A DNA stretch of 50,479 nucleotides from an uncultured Actinomycetota bacterium (GTDB taxonomy: Bacteria; Actinomycetota; Nitriliruptoria; Nitriliruptorales; Nitriliruptoraceae), in the NCBI GenBank assembly GCA_964389945.1, contig CAYMGL010000001.1, positions 1-50,479 of the forward strand, read 5' to 3'. How positions within the stretch are numbered: position 1 is the stretch's first letter; each line of letters opens with the position of its first letter. Below the pieces are notes generated by a model, which was given only the letters and a program-made list of their open reading frames with translations, did no database searches and was not told the DNA's origin. Positions 25,004-34,601 of this stretch are shown here, piece by piece. A program made the position numbers and the translations under genes.

Positions 25004-25891
25004 ATGACCGACGCCCCACCGCTCGACACCCAGCCCGGCACGCCGCCGGACATGGCGGCCGTGCTCGCGCTCGACGTCGTCGACGACCACGTCCTGCGCG
25101 GCCGCTCGCGCACGCCGACCGGGACGGGCCGCATGTTCGGCGGCGAGATCGCGGGGCAGGCGGTGATCGCTGCCCACCACGGCGTCCCCGACGATCGCGT
25201 CCTGCACTCGCTGCACGGCTACTTCCTGCTGCCCGGCGACCCACGGGAACCGGTCGACCACCACGTCGACCCGACCCGCGACGGCGGCTCGTTCACCACG
25301 CGGACCGTCCGCACGGTGCAGCGCGACGAGGTCGCCTTCACGATGCTGGCGTCGTTCCAACGGCACGAGGACAGCATCGAGCACGCCCCGGTCGCTCCGG
25401 ACGTGGCCGGTCCCGACGACAGCCTCACCGTCAACGACGTCATCGCGCGGGCGGACGACGTCGCCGAGCGCTGGCTCGGCTGGATGTGCGACGCCTTCTC
25501 GTGGGAGTTCCGCTTCCCGGACCTGCCCACACGCCCCGGCACGGCCAGCGACCAGCCACGCCGCACGTGGTTCCGGGTGCGCGGCGCCCTGCCCCCCGAC
25601 GACCGCGCCGCCCACGCCGCCGCGCTCGCGCACGGCTCGGACCTGTTCCTCCTCGGGGCCGCGCTGCAGCGTCACGGGATCCCGCTCGGCGCCCCGGGGA
25701 TGCTCGTGACGAGCCTCGACCACACGATCTGGTTCCACGAACGGCCGCGCGTCGACGACTGGCTGCTCTACGACCAGCGCAGCGCGTGGGCCGGGCACGG
25801 CCGAGCCCTGTGTCGTGGCAGGTTCTGGACGCCCGACGGCCGTCTCGTGGCCACGGTCGCCCAGGAGGGGCTGGTCCGCCGCCGCACCTGA
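25004..25891 (+). CDS. tesB: acyl-CoA thioesterase II (double hot-dog)
   Basis: RMFGGEIAGQAVIAAHHG and the second-half ...LVTSLDHTIWFH... pattern typical of TesB; 295 aa. Confidence 0.75.
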   Translation: MTDAPPLDTQPGTPPDMAAVLALDVVDDHVLRGRSRTPTGTGRMFGGEIAGQAVIAAHHGVPDDRVLHSLHGYFLLPGDPREPVDHHVDPTRDGGSFTTRTVRTVQRDEVAFTMLASFQRHEDSIEHAPVAPDVAGPDDSLTVNDVIARADDVAERWLGWMCDAFSWEFRFPDLPTRPGTASDQPRRTWFRVRGALPPDDRAAHAAALAHGSDLFLLGAALQRHGIPLGAPGMLVTSLDHTIWFHERPRVDDWLLYDQRSAWAGHGRALCRGRFWTPDGRLVATVAQEGLVRRRT

Positions 25892-25953
25892 CGGCCGGGC
25901 GCGTGGCCCGTCCGGCTGGCAGGCTGGCCGGTGCCCACGACCAGGAGCCCTCC

Positions 25954-27003
25954 ATGTCCGACGACACGACGACCATGCCCAGCGCGCCGCTCGGCGCCGC
26001 CGGACTGACCGTGTCACGACTGTCCCTCGGGACCATGACCTTCGGTGACGAGACGCCGCCCGAGGACGCGACGGCGCAGCTCGACCTGTTCGTCGACAGC
26101 GGCGGCACGCACATCGACACGGCCGACGTGTACGGCGACGGCGAGTCCGAGCGGATCATCGGACGCTGGCTCCGGCAGCGGCACCCCACCGACGTGGTCA
26201 TCGCGACCAAGGGCCGGTTCGCCCCGCCCCCGGGCTCGGCGGGTGCCTCCCGGCGCTCGCTGGTCCGGTCGGTCGACGCCAGCCTCGAGCGGCTCGGCGT
26301 CGACGCGATCGACCTGTACTACGTCCACGGGTGGGACGACGACACGCCGCTGCACGAGACGCTCGACACCCTCACCGCCCTCGTCCGGGCCGGCAAGCTG
26401 CACCACGTCGGCTGGTCGAACGTCACCGGCTGGCAGCTCGCGACGATCATGACGACGGCACGCCTCGGCGGGTACGTCGAACCGTGCGTGGTGCAGCCGC
26501 AGTACAACCTCCTCGACCGGGGCATCGAGGTCGAGGTCCTGCCGTGCTGCCGCGACGAGGGCCTCGCCACGGCCCCGTGGTCACCGCTGGGTGGCGGCTG
26601 GCTGACCGGCAAGTACGAGCGCGACGAGCGGCCGACCGGGGCAACCCGTCTGGGCGAGGACCCCGAGCGCGGCGTGGAGGCGTACGACCGCCGCAACACC
26701 GACCGGACCTGGGAGGTCCTCGACGTCGTCCGGACGGTCGCCGAGCGACACGACCGACCGATGGCGCAGGTCGCGATCGCATGGCTGCTGACCCGCCCGA
26801 CCGTGGCCACGGTGCTGCTCGGCGCCCGCACCCGCGAGCAGCTCGACCAGACCATCGGCGCCGCCGACCTCGAGCTGTCGCAGGACGACGTCGAGGCGCT
26901 CACCGACGTCTCCGCACCCGAGCTCCCGCCGTACCCCTACGGCGTGGTCGAGGAGTTCTCCGGCCTACCGCACTGGCAGGACCTCGGGATGCGGCGGGCC
27001 TGA
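25954..27003 (+). CDS. aldo/keto reductase
   Basis: AGGAG upstream of ATG 25954. LSLGTMTFGDE, IDTADVYGDGESERIIG, LYYVHGWD, VQPQYNLLDR motifs. Confidence 0.85.
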   Translation: MSDDTTTMPSAPLGAAGLTVSRLSLGTMTFGDETPPEDATAQLDLFVDSGGTHIDTADVYGDGESERIIGRWLRQRHPTDVVIATKGRFAPPPGSAGASRRSLVRSVDASLERLGVDAIDLYYVHGWDDDTPLHETLDTLTALVRAGKLHHVGWSNVTGWQLATIMTTARLGGYVEPCVVQPQYNLLDRGIEVEVLPCCRDEGLATAPWSPLGGGWLTGKYERDERPTGATRLGEDPERGVEAYDRRNTDRTWEVLDVVRTVAERHDRPMAQVAIAWLLTRPTVATVLLGARTREQLDQTIGAADLELSQDDVEALTDVSAPELPPYPYGVVEEFSGLPHWQDLGMRRA

Positions 27004-27025
27004 GCCGGCGCGCGGGCGGCCGTGC

Positions 27026-27763
27026 TCAGCGGGCGGACCACCCCATGTCCATCAGGACCGGCGCGCCGGTGAAGGCGGTGCCGGCCGGCCCGGCCAGCAT
27101 GCTGACCACGTCGGCGACCTGCGTGGGCTCGACGAGCTCCTTGCGGGCGTGCGGCTGGAGGATCACCTGCTCGAGCACCTCGTCCTCGCTGATGCCGTGG
27201 GCCCGTGCCTGGTCGGCGATCTGTGCCTCCACCAGCGGGGTGCGGACGTAGCCGGGGCAGACGGCGCTGGCGGTGATCCCGTGCTCGGCACCCTCCAGGG
27301 CGAGCACCTTGACCAGGCCGAGCACCCCGTGCTTGGCACTGACGTACCCCGCCTTGTACGGCGAGGCGACCTTGCCGTGGATCGAGGCGATGACCAGCAC
27401 GCGGCCGTGCCCGGCGTCGCGCAGCGCCGGCCAGGCGCGGCGCGCCAGCAGGAACGGGCTGGTCAGCAGCACCGCCAACAGGCGGTCCCACTGCTCGACG
27501 GGGAAGTCCTCGACGGGCGCGACGTGCTGGAACCCGGCGTTGGGCACCACGACGTCCAGCCGGCCGAAGCGGTCCAGCGCGGCATCGACGGCCGCCTCGT
27601 TGCCGGCCGGCGTGGCGAGGTCCGCCTCGAACGGGACCCCGGGACCTGCGGGGTCCGGGGTCAGGTCGACGGCCAGGACCTCGAGCCCGTCGTCGACGAG
27701 CCGCTGCGTGATCGCGCGACCGATGCCGGACGCCGCGCCGGTGACCAGTGCTGCACGTACCAC
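27026..27763 (-). CDS. bdhA: 3-hydroxybutyrate dehydrogenase (classical SDR)
   Basis: TGAASGIGRAI, catalytic YVSAKHG, CPGYVRTPLV, C-terminal DMGWSAR as in BDH enzymes (recalled). Confidence 0.7.
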   Translation of the reverse strand: MVRAALVTGAASGIGRAITQRLVDDGLEVLAVDLTPDPAGPGVPFEADLATPAGNEAAVDAALDRFGRLDVVVPNAGFQHVAPVEDFPVEQWDRLLAVLLTSPFLLARRAWPALRDAGHGRVLVIASIHGKVASPYKAGYVSAKHGVLGLVKVLALEGAEHGITASAVCPGYVRTPLVEAQIADQARAHGISEDEVLEQVILQPHARKELVEPTQVADVVSMLAGPAGTAFTGAPVLMDMGWSAR

Positions 27764-27817
27764 GTCGTTCCCCCTCGTCGGGCCCCCACCCTAGGCCGGC
27801 CGCGCTCCACTAGCGTG

Positions 27818-27837
27818 ACATGAATCACATCTCATGT
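27818..27837. promoter_or_regulatory. inverted repeat ACATGA-N8-TCATGT in a low-GC divergent intergenic region
   Basis: Perfect 6-nt arms at 27818-27823 and 27832-27837, between the divergent bdhA-like and SDR genes. Confidence 0.35.
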
Positions 27838-27871
27838 TGCCCGGACGGGGCGACGGACCGGGAGCACGACC

Positions 27872-28801
27872 ATGACGAGCGACGGACTGGACCTCGACGG
27901 GCGCGTCGCGGTGGTGACGGGCGCGGGCGGCGGGCTCGGCCGCAGCCACGCACTGCTGCTCGCCGAGCGCGGTGCGCGGGTCGTCGTCAACGACCTCGGC
28001 GGCGCGGTCGACGGCAGCGGGAGCGGCTCGGCCGCGGCCGATGCCGTCGTGGCCGAGATCACCGAGGCCGGTGGCCAGGCCGTCGCGAGCGCCGACGGCG
28101 TCCACACGTGGGAGGGCGGCCAGGCGATCGTCGCGACCGCGTTGGAGGCGTTCGGACGCATCGACGTCGTGGTCAACAACGCCGGGATCCTGCGGGACGT
28201 GTCGTTCGGGAAGCTCGGCCCCGAGCACCTCGCACCGGTGCTCGACGTCCACCTCGCAGGTGCCTTCCACGTCACGCGGGCGGCGTGGCCCCACCTGCGG
28301 GCGCAGGGGTTCGGCCGCATCGTGTGCACGACGTCCGGGAGCGGGCTGTACGGGAACTTCGGCCAGAGCAACTACGCCGCGGCGAAGATGGGCCTGGTCG
28401 GCCTCACCCGCACGCTGGCGATCGAGGGGCGGCGGGACGGCATCCACGCCAACGCGATCGCACCGATCGCCTCGTCGCGGATGACCGAGGACGTCATGCC
28501 GGCCGCGGTGCTCGAACGGCTGCGGCCGGAGCACGTGTCGCCGCTGGTCGCGTTCCTGTGCGCGCCGGCCTGTGACGAGACGGGCAGCGTGTTCAGCGTC
28601 GGCGGCGGCTACGTCGCCCGGGTCGCCGTCGTCGAGGGCGAGGGGGTCGCGTTCGACGACGTCCCGACGGTCGAGCAGGTCGCCGCGCGGTTCGACGACC
28701 TGCGCGCGCTCGGCGACGCGAGCGAGTTCCGCGGCGGGCTCGCGGACCAGGTCGAACGCATGCGCACGGCACTCGGCATCGAGGTGGAGGACGACGCATG
28801 A
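27872..28801 (+). CDS. SDR oxidoreductase, MFE-2/17beta-HSD4-type hydroxyacyl-CoA dehydrogenase-like
   Basis: VVTGAGGGLGRSHALLLAERGARVVVNDLGG pattern, NNAGILRD, catalytic YAAAKMG. Confidence 0.8.
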   Translation: MTSDGLDLDGRVAVVTGAGGGLGRSHALLLAERGARVVVNDLGGAVDGSGSGSAAADAVVAEITEAGGQAVASADGVHTWEGGQAIVATALEAFGRIDVVVNNAGILRDVSFGKLGPEHLAPVLDVHLAGAFHVTRAAWPHLRAQGFGRIVCTTSGSGLYGNFGQSNYAAAKMGLVGLTRTLAIEGRRDGIHANAIAPIASSRMTEDVMPAAVLERLRPEHVSPLVAFLCAPACDETGSVFSVGGGYVARVAVVEGEGVAFDDVPTVEQVAARFDDLRALGDASEFRGGLADQVERMRTALGIEVEDDA

Positions 28802-29622
28802 GCACGACGCAGCACGCGGACAACGACGGGGTCCGGATCGCCTGGGAGCACCGACCGGCGGCCGGCGCGTCGTCGGGCACCGTCCTGCTCGTGCACGGGC
28901 TCGGCTACGCCCGCTGGGGCTGGGACGGCCTGCCGGAGCGCCTGCGCGAGGCAGGGCTCGACGTCGTGCTGTTCGACAACCGGGGCATCGGCGACTCCGA
29001 CGTGCCACCGGGGCCGTACACGGCCGCGCAGATGGCGACGGACGCCGTCGCCGTGCTCGACGCGGCCGGTCTCGACCGGGCCCACGTCGTGGGGTCGAGC
29101 CTCGGCGGCATGATCGCCCAGGAGCTGGCGCTGGGCTGGCCGGAGCGGGTCGACCGCCTCGTCCTGCTGTCGACGACCCCCGGTGGTGGCGACGCGTCCC
29201 CCATGCCCCAGCAGACCGTCGACCTGCTGCAGCGGATGCCCGGGATGGAGCCCGTCGAGGCCCTGCACGCCGCCATCAGCAACGCGCTCGGACCCGACCA
29301 CCTGACGGCGCAGCCCCACCTCGTCGAGGAGATCCTGCAGCACCGGCTCGACGCGCCGCAGGACCCCGCCGGGTGGCAGGCGCAGGCCCACGCGGGCACC
29401 ACCTACGACGGTGGTGGCCGCCTGGGCGACATCGCGGCGCCGACGCTGGTGCTGCACGGCGACGCCGACGTGGTCGTGGCACCGGCCAACGGCGTGCTGC
29501 TGGCCGACCGCATCCCCCGTGCCCGGCTCGTCGAGCTGGCCGGCCACGGCCACCTCCCGTTCTGGGAGGATCCCGACCGCGTGGCGCGAGAACTCGTCGA
29601 CTTCCTGCTCGCCCCGGCTTGA
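28798..29622 (+). CDS. alpha/beta hydrolase
   Basis: ATGA overlap with the preceding SDR gene. HGLG oxyanion motif, nucleophile elbow GSSLGG, C-terminal GHLPFWE. Confidence 0.8.
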   Translation: MSTTQHADNDGVRIAWEHRPAAGASSGTVLLVHGLGYARWGWDGLPERLREAGLDVVLFDNRGIGDSDVPPGPYTAAQMATDAVAVLDAAGLDRAHVVGSSLGGMIAQELALGWPERVDRLVLLSTTPGGGDASPMPQQTVDLLQRMPGMEPVEALHAAISNALGPDHLTAQPHLVEEILQHRLDAPQDPAGWQAQAHAGTTYDGGGRLGDIAAPTLVLHGDADVVVAPANGVLLADRIPRARLVELAGHGHLPFWEDPDRVARELVDFLLAPA

Positions 29623-29654
29623 CACCGCGCCGCCGGACCATTAGAACTAACAAC

Positions 29655-29674
29655 TGAACCACCTCTCAGGTTCA
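29655..29674. promoter_or_regulatory. inverted repeat TGAACC-N8-GGTTCA, candidate TetR-type operator upstream of the importer operon
   Basis: Perfect 6-nt arms at 29655-29660 and 29669-29674 in the low-GC stretch ttagaactaacaactgaacc..., 25 nt upstream of ATG 29699. Confidence 0.4.
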
Positions 29675-29698
29675 CCACGACAGGGAGAGCGGGAAGAC

Positions 29699-30997
29699 AT
29701 GAAGGCTTCGACCATGCGCACTTGGGCGCGCTCATCGCGCCTCGTCGCGCTGCTGATGGCGCTGACGCTGCTCGTCGCAGCGTGCAGCAGCGACGGCGAC
29801 ACCACCGAGGACCCGGCCGACGACGGCGAGGACACCACGGAGGACACCGGCGACACGGAGGACGACGAGACCGACGACGAGACCGAGGAGCCCGAGGAGG
29901 CGACCGGCGAGCCACTTCGCGTCGGCATCATCACCTCCAGCAGCGGCCCCCTGGCCGCCTACGGCAACCAGTTCCTGAGCGGGCTGGAGATCGGGCTCGA
30001 CTACGCCACCGACGGCACCGGCGCGGTCAACGGCCGCCCGATCGAGTTCGTCTTCGAGGACGCCGCCGGTGACCCCGCGCAGGCCACGTCGGTCGTCACC
30101 GACCTCATCGGCCAGGGCGTCAAGATCATCGCAGGCACGGTCGTGTCCGGCATCGCGCTGCAGGTCGCGCCGCTCGCCGAGCAGAACGACGTGCTCTACA
30201 TCTCCGGCCCCGCTGCCGCCGACGGCATCACCGGGATCAACCGCAACACCTTCCGCGCCGGCCGCCAGAGCTACCAGGACGTCGCGACCGCCGCGGGCTT
30301 CCTCGACGACGTCGAGGGCAAGACCGTGACCGTCTTCGCCCAGGACACCGCGTTCGGCCAGGCCAACGTCGGTGCCGTCGAGGCCGTCCTCGGTACGCAG
30401 GGCGCCACCGTCGACTCGATCCTGGTCCCCGAGGGCACCTCGGACTTCACGCCGTTCGCGGCACGGGTCAACGAGGACACCCCGGACCTGCTGTTCGTCG
30501 CCTGGGCCGGTGAGACCGCCGCCGCGATGTGGGAGTCGCTCGGCCAGCAGGGCGTGCTGGAGGCGACCACCGTCGTCACCGGTCTCGCCGACCGCGCCAC
30601 GTGGGAGCCGACCTTCGGCGACGTCGCCGACTCGATCGACTTCCTCGCCCACTACTTCGCCGACGCGCCGGACAACGAGGTCAACCAGTTCCTGGTCGAC
30701 AACGCCGACGAGACGCCCGACCTGTTCACCCCGGACGGCTTCGTCACGGCACAGATGATCGTGCAGGCGCTCACCGAGGGCGACTACGACGACACCGAGT
30801 CGATGATCACGGCCCTCGAGGGCTGGACGTTCGACGCCCCCAAGGGCTCGCAGACGATCCGCGCCGAGGACCACGCGATGCTCCAGCCGATGTTCCAGGC
30901 ATCGCTGAGCAACGAGGGCGGCGAGATCACCGCCGAGTCCATCGGCACCGTCGACGCCGACACCGTCGCTCCCCCGGTGGCGACCGGCGAGGAGTGA
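29699..30997 (+). CDS. ABC transporter substrate-binding lipoprotein, branched-chain amino acid (LivJ/Peripla_BP_6) type
   Basis: GGGAGAG upstream of ATG. Lipobox LLVAAC, an acidic linker, then VGIITSSSGPLAAYG... typical of family 4 SBPs. Confidence 0.85.
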   Translation: MKASTMRTWARSSRLVALLMALTLLVAACSSDGDTTEDPADDGEDTTEDTGDTEDDETDDETEEPEEATGEPLRVGIITSSSGPLAAYGNQFLSGLEIGLDYATDGTGAVNGRPIEFVFEDAAGDPAQATSVVTDLIGQGVKIIAGTVVSGIALQVAPLAEQNDVLYISGPAAADGITGINRNTFRAGRQSYQDVATAAGFLDDVEGKTVTVFAQDTAFGQANVGAVEAVLGTQGATVDSILVPEGTSDFTPFAARVNEDTPDLLFVAWAGETAAAMWESLGQQGVLEATTVVTGLADRATWEPTFGDVADSIDFLAHYFADAPDNEVNQFLVDNADETPDLFTPDGFVTAQMIVQALTEGDYDDTESMITALEGWTFDAPKGSQTIRAEDHAMLQPMFQASLSNEGGEITAESIGTVDADTVAPPVATGEE

Positions 30998-31038
30998 TCC
31001 AGGTCCGGGGTCGGCCCGCTCGTCGGGCCGGCCTCGCG

Positions 31039-31084
31039 CTGACCGTGGTCCGCCAGCGGCATGCTGACGGCGGACCACGGTCAG
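31039..31084 (+). other. intercistronic stem-loop (perfect 16-bp stem, 14-nt loop)
   Basis: CTGACCGTGGTCCGCC (31039-31054) and GGCGGACCACGGTCAG (31069-31084) are exact reverse complements. The element lies between the SBP and first ATPase genes. A second 7-bp hairpin, CGGCCCG-ctcgt-CGGGCCG, lies just upstream. Confidence 0.7.
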
Positions 31085-31127
31085 GGCGAGCCACTGGACC
31101 GTGGCCTGCAAGCGGGAGAGGGCACCC

Positions 31128-31883
31128 ATGGGTGACACAGCGATCCTCGAGACCGAGGGGCTGGGCTGGACGATCGGCGGCGCACGCATCCTCGAGGACG
31201 TGACGCTGTCGGTCCGCGACGGCGAGTTCCTCGCCGTGATCGGGCCCAACGGTGCCGGCAAGACGTCGCTGTTCAACCAGCTCACGGGCATCCACGCGCC
31301 GACGACCGGCCGCGTCCGCCTGGCTGGCGAGGACATCACCGACCTCCCCATCCACCTGCGTGCCCAGCGCGGCCTGAAGCGGTCGTTCCAGGTGACCAGC
31401 ATCTTCACCGCGCTGACCGTCCACGAGAACGCCCGGCTCGCCGCACAGGCCGAGCTCGGCGGTTCGTTCGACATCTGGTCGCGCGTCACCGGTCGGGACG
31501 AGGCCAGCAAGCGCGCGACCGAGGCGCTCCGGCTGACCGGGCTCGACCATCTCGCGGGCGAGCTCGCGGCCAACCTCAGCCACGGCAACAAGCGCAAGCT
31601 CGACCTGGCCCTCGTCCTCGCCCAGCGTCCCCGGGTGCTGCTGCTCGACGAGCCCACCGCGGGGATGAGCATGGAGGACCTGCCCGAGCTCGTCCGCGTC
31701 GTGCGCGACATCCAGGCACAGGGCACGACGGTCGTGATGGTCGAGCACCGCATGGACGTCGTGATCGACCTCGCGGACCGCATCGCGGTCATGCACCACG
31801 GCTCGCTGCTGGCCTGCGACGAGCCCGACGCCGTGATGGCGAACGAGACCGTGCAGACGGCCTACCTCGGGGAGAGCCTGTGA
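31128..31883 (+). CDS. ABC transporter ATP-binding protein (LivG-like)
   Basis: GGGAGAGGG upstream of ATG 31128. Walker A GPNGAGKTS, signature LSHGNKRKL, Walker B LLLDEPTAGM. Confidence 0.85.
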   Translation: MGDTAILETEGLGWTIGGARILEDVTLSVRDGEFLAVIGPNGAGKTSLFNQLTGIHAPTTGRVRLAGEDITDLPIHLRAQRGLKRSFQVTSIFTALTVHENARLAAQAELGGSFDIWSRVTGRDEASKRATEALRLTGLDHLAGELAANLSHGNKRKLDLALVLAQRPRVLLLDEPTAGMSMEDLPELVRVVRDIQAQGTTVVMVEHRMDVVIDLADRIAVMHHGSLLACDEPDAVMANETVQTAYLGESL

Positions 31884-32608
31884 TGAGCACCCCCACTCCC
31901 CTGCTCGAGGTGGCGGACCTCGATGTCCACATCGGCGAGTCGCACATCCTCCACGGCATCGACTTCAGCGTCGCCGAGGGCGGCGTGACGGCGCTGCTCG
32001 GCCGCAACGGCGTCGGCAAGACCACGACGCTCAAGGGCCTGATCGGCCTCGTCGCCCGGGACGGCAGCGTCCGGTTCGACGGCGACGAGCTGACGGGGCT
32101 GCCCACCCACGAGATCATCCAGCGGCGGATCGCCTACGTGCCCGAGGACCGCGAGGTCTTCTCGGAGCTGACCGTGGCCGAGAACCTGCGGATCGCCGAA
32201 CGTGGCGACGCCGAGCCCCGGTACGACCTGGTGTACGACCTGTTCCCGCGCCTCCAGGAGCGTGCGAAGCAGGCGGCCGGGACGATGTCCGGCGGTGAGC
32301 AGCAGATGCTCGCACTCGGCCGGGCCCTGCTGAACGACAACCGCCTGCTGCTGATCGACGAGCCCACCAAGGGACTGGCCCCGAACCTCGTCACCGAGGT
32401 CGCCGACGTCCTGGAGCGCATGAGCGAGCTGACGACGTCGCTGCTGGTCGAGCAGAACCTCGGTGTGGTGCGGCGCATCGCCCACCACGCACTGGTGCTC
32501 GACCACGGCGAGGTCGTCTACAGCGGCGGCGTGGACGACCTGCTCGACGACCCCGACCGCACCCGCGAGCTGCTCGGCGTGGGCAGCGCGAGCGGTGGAG
32601 GCCACTGA
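31883..32608 (+). CDS. ABC transporter ATP-binding protein (LivF-like)
   Basis: Start ATG overlaps the stop of the preceding gene (GTGATGA). GRNGVGKTT, MSGGEQQMLAL, LLLIDEPTKGLAP. Confidence 0.85.
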   Translation: MSTPTPLLEVADLDVHIGESHILHGIDFSVAEGGVTALLGRNGVGKTTTLKGLIGLVARDGSVRFDGDELTGLPTHEIIQRRIAYVPEDREVFSELTVAENLRIAERGDAEPRYDLVYDLFPRLQERAKQAAGTMSGGEQQMLALGRALLNDNRLLLIDEPTKGLAPNLVTEVADVLERMSELTTSLLVEQNLGVVRRIAHHALVLDHGEVVYSGGVDDLLDDPDRTRELLGVGSASGGGH

Positions 32609-33495
32609 TGACGATCTTCATCCTGCTCACGATCACCGGCCTCGGGCTCGCGGCGCTGTACTTCCTCGTCGCGTCCGGCCTGTCGCTGATCTACGGCCTC
32701 ATGGACGTGCTGAACTTCGCCCACGGCGTGTTCCTCACCATCGGTGCCTACGCGACCTGGTGGACGTCACAACGCCTCGACGTCATCGACCAGCCCACCC
32801 TGCGCTTCGTGGTCGCCGTGCTGATCGGCATGGCCGTCGGCGCGGCCGTCGCGGCGCTCGTCGAGGTCGTCTTCATCCGGCCGCTCTACGGCCAGCACGT
32901 CGGCCAGATCCTCGTGACGGTGGGGCTCGCCCTCGCGCTCACGGCGCTGCTGCAGGCCATCTTCACCCCCGACGCCCGTGCCTTCCCGGCGCCGGACTGG
33001 ATGGGCGACACCACGGGCGTGCTCGGCGCCGCGGTCCCCAACAGCCGCTTCGTCGCGATCGGCGCCGCGGTGGCCGTCTACGTCGGGCTGGTGACCTTCC
33101 TCAAGCGCACCCGCTACGGCCTGATCATCCGGGCCGGCGTCGAGAACCGTGACATGGTGACCGCGCTCGGCATCAACGTGACCCGCGCCTTCACGCTCGT
33201 CTTCGCGATCGGCGGCATGGCCGCCGCGCTCGGCGGCGCGATCGGCGGCGCCTACTTCACGTCGATCAACCCCGAGCAGGGCGGTGGGCTGCTGATCTTC
33301 GCGTTCATCGTCACGATCATCGGCGGGCTCGGTTCGCTGCGGGGGGCCGCGATCGCCTCGGTCCTCGTCGGCCTGCTCCAGCAGTACGCCAACTTCTACG
33401 CACTCGTGGGCGCCGGCGACCTGATCGTCGTCCTGCTGCTCGCGCTCGTGCTGCTCCTGCGGCCGCAGGGCATCGACGGGAGGGCTGCAGCATGA
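32608..33495 (+). CDS. branched-chain amino acid ABC permease (LivH-like)
   Basis: TGATG overlap. GLSLIYGLMDVLNFAHG motif typical of LivH; multiple TM segments. Confidence 0.85.
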   Translation: MTIFILLTITGLGLAALYFLVASGLSLIYGLMDVLNFAHGVFLTIGAYATWWTSQRLDVIDQPTLRFVVAVLIGMAVGAAVAALVEVVFIRPLYGQHVGQILVTVGLALALTALLQAIFTPDARAFPAPDWMGDTTGVLGAAVPNSRFVAIGAAVAVYVGLVTFLKRTRYGLIIRAGVENRDMVTALGINVTRAFTLVFAIGGMAAALGGAIGGAYFTSINPEQGGGLLIFAFIVTIIGGLGSLRGAAIASVLVGLLQQYANFYALVGAGDLIVVLLLALVLLLRPQGIDGRAAA

Positions 33496-34601
33496 GCACG
33501 GACCTCACCACGGCCACGCCCACGGACACGGACACGCCCCCGTCCCTGCTGCGCCGGCTGCTGCCCTGGCTCGCGGTCGCGCTGCTGGCCGTCGCGCCGT
33601 TCGTGCCGCTCGACGTCCCGGTGGTCTTCCGCGGGCCGCTGGACTCCCCCGGCACCCTCAACCTGCTGGCGCTGATGCTGGTGTTCGGGGCGCTCGCGCT
33701 GACCTACGACATCCTGTTCGGCTTCACGGGCCTGCTCTCGTTCGGCCACGCGCTGTACTTCGCGCTCGGCGTCTACGCGACGACGATCGCGGTCAGCCAC
33801 TTCGGCCTGTCGCTGGCCACTGCCATCGGCATCACGATCGGGCTGGGCGTGGTCGTGCCGCTCGTGCTGGGTGCGGTGTGCCTGCGCGTCGGCGACATCG
33901 CCTTCGCCATGGTCACCCTCGCCTTCGCGGAGGCCGGCTCGATCTTCGTGCTGCGCGACCCGCTGCGGATCACCGGCGGTGAGGAGGGCCAGGCGCTCGA
34001 CTTCACCGCCCTCCCCGAGGTCTTCGTCGGCGTGGCCAACACGCGCTACGTGTTCTGGCTCGCGCTCGCGTTCGCGGTGCTCGTCTACCTCGTCAGCCGC
34101 TGGATCGTGCGCTCCCGCGCCGGCCGCGTGTGGCAGGCGATCCGCGAGAACGAGCAGCGGGTCGAGGTGCTCGGGCTGCAGCCGTCCACCTACAAGCTCC
34201 TGTCGTTCGTCACCGCCTCGTTCCTGGCGACCCTCGGCGGCATCGTCTACGTGCTGCTGCTCGGCGGGGCAAACCCCGGTGTCACCAGCGCCACGTTCAC
34301 GCTGACGCTGCTCGTCATGGTCGTGCTCGGCGGGACCGGGACCCTCTGGGGCGCCGTGCTCGGCGGGGCGCTCTACACCTACCTCAACCAGCGCTTCATC
34401 TCGCTGTCCAACTCCGAGTTCGTCGACGGGCTGCCCGCCGCCCTGCGGGGGCCACTGTCCGAGCCGCTGTTCATCCTCGGGGCGCTCTTCGTCGCACTCG
34501 TGATGTTCTTCCCGGGCGGCATCGCTGGTCTGCGCGACGCGGCGGTCGGCCGCCGGCTGCGGGACACCGTCGAACGCCTCACCGGCACGGGCGGCGCATG
34601 A
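33492..34601 (+). CDS. branched-chain amino acid ABC permease (LivM-like)
   Basis: ATGA overlap. GFTGLLSFGHALYFALGVY motif typical of LivM; multiple TM segments. Confidence 0.85.
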   Translation: MSTDLTTATPTDTDTPPSLLRRLLPWLAVALLAVAPFVPLDVPVVFRGPLDSPGTLNLLALMLVFGALALTYDILFGFTGLLSFGHALYFALGVYATTIAVSHFGLSLATAIGITIGLGVVVPLVLGAVCLRVGDIAFAMVTLAFAEAGSIFVLRDPLRITGGEEGQALDFTALPEVFVGVANTRYVFWLALAFAVLVYLVSRWIVRSRAGRVWQAIRENEQRVEVLGLQPSTYKLLSFVTASFLATLGGIVYVLLLGGANPGVTSATFTLTLLVMVVLGGTGTLWGAVLGGALYTYLNQRFISLSNSEFVDGLPAALRGPLSEPLFILGALFVALVMFFPGGIAGLRDAAVGRRLRDTVERLTGTGGA

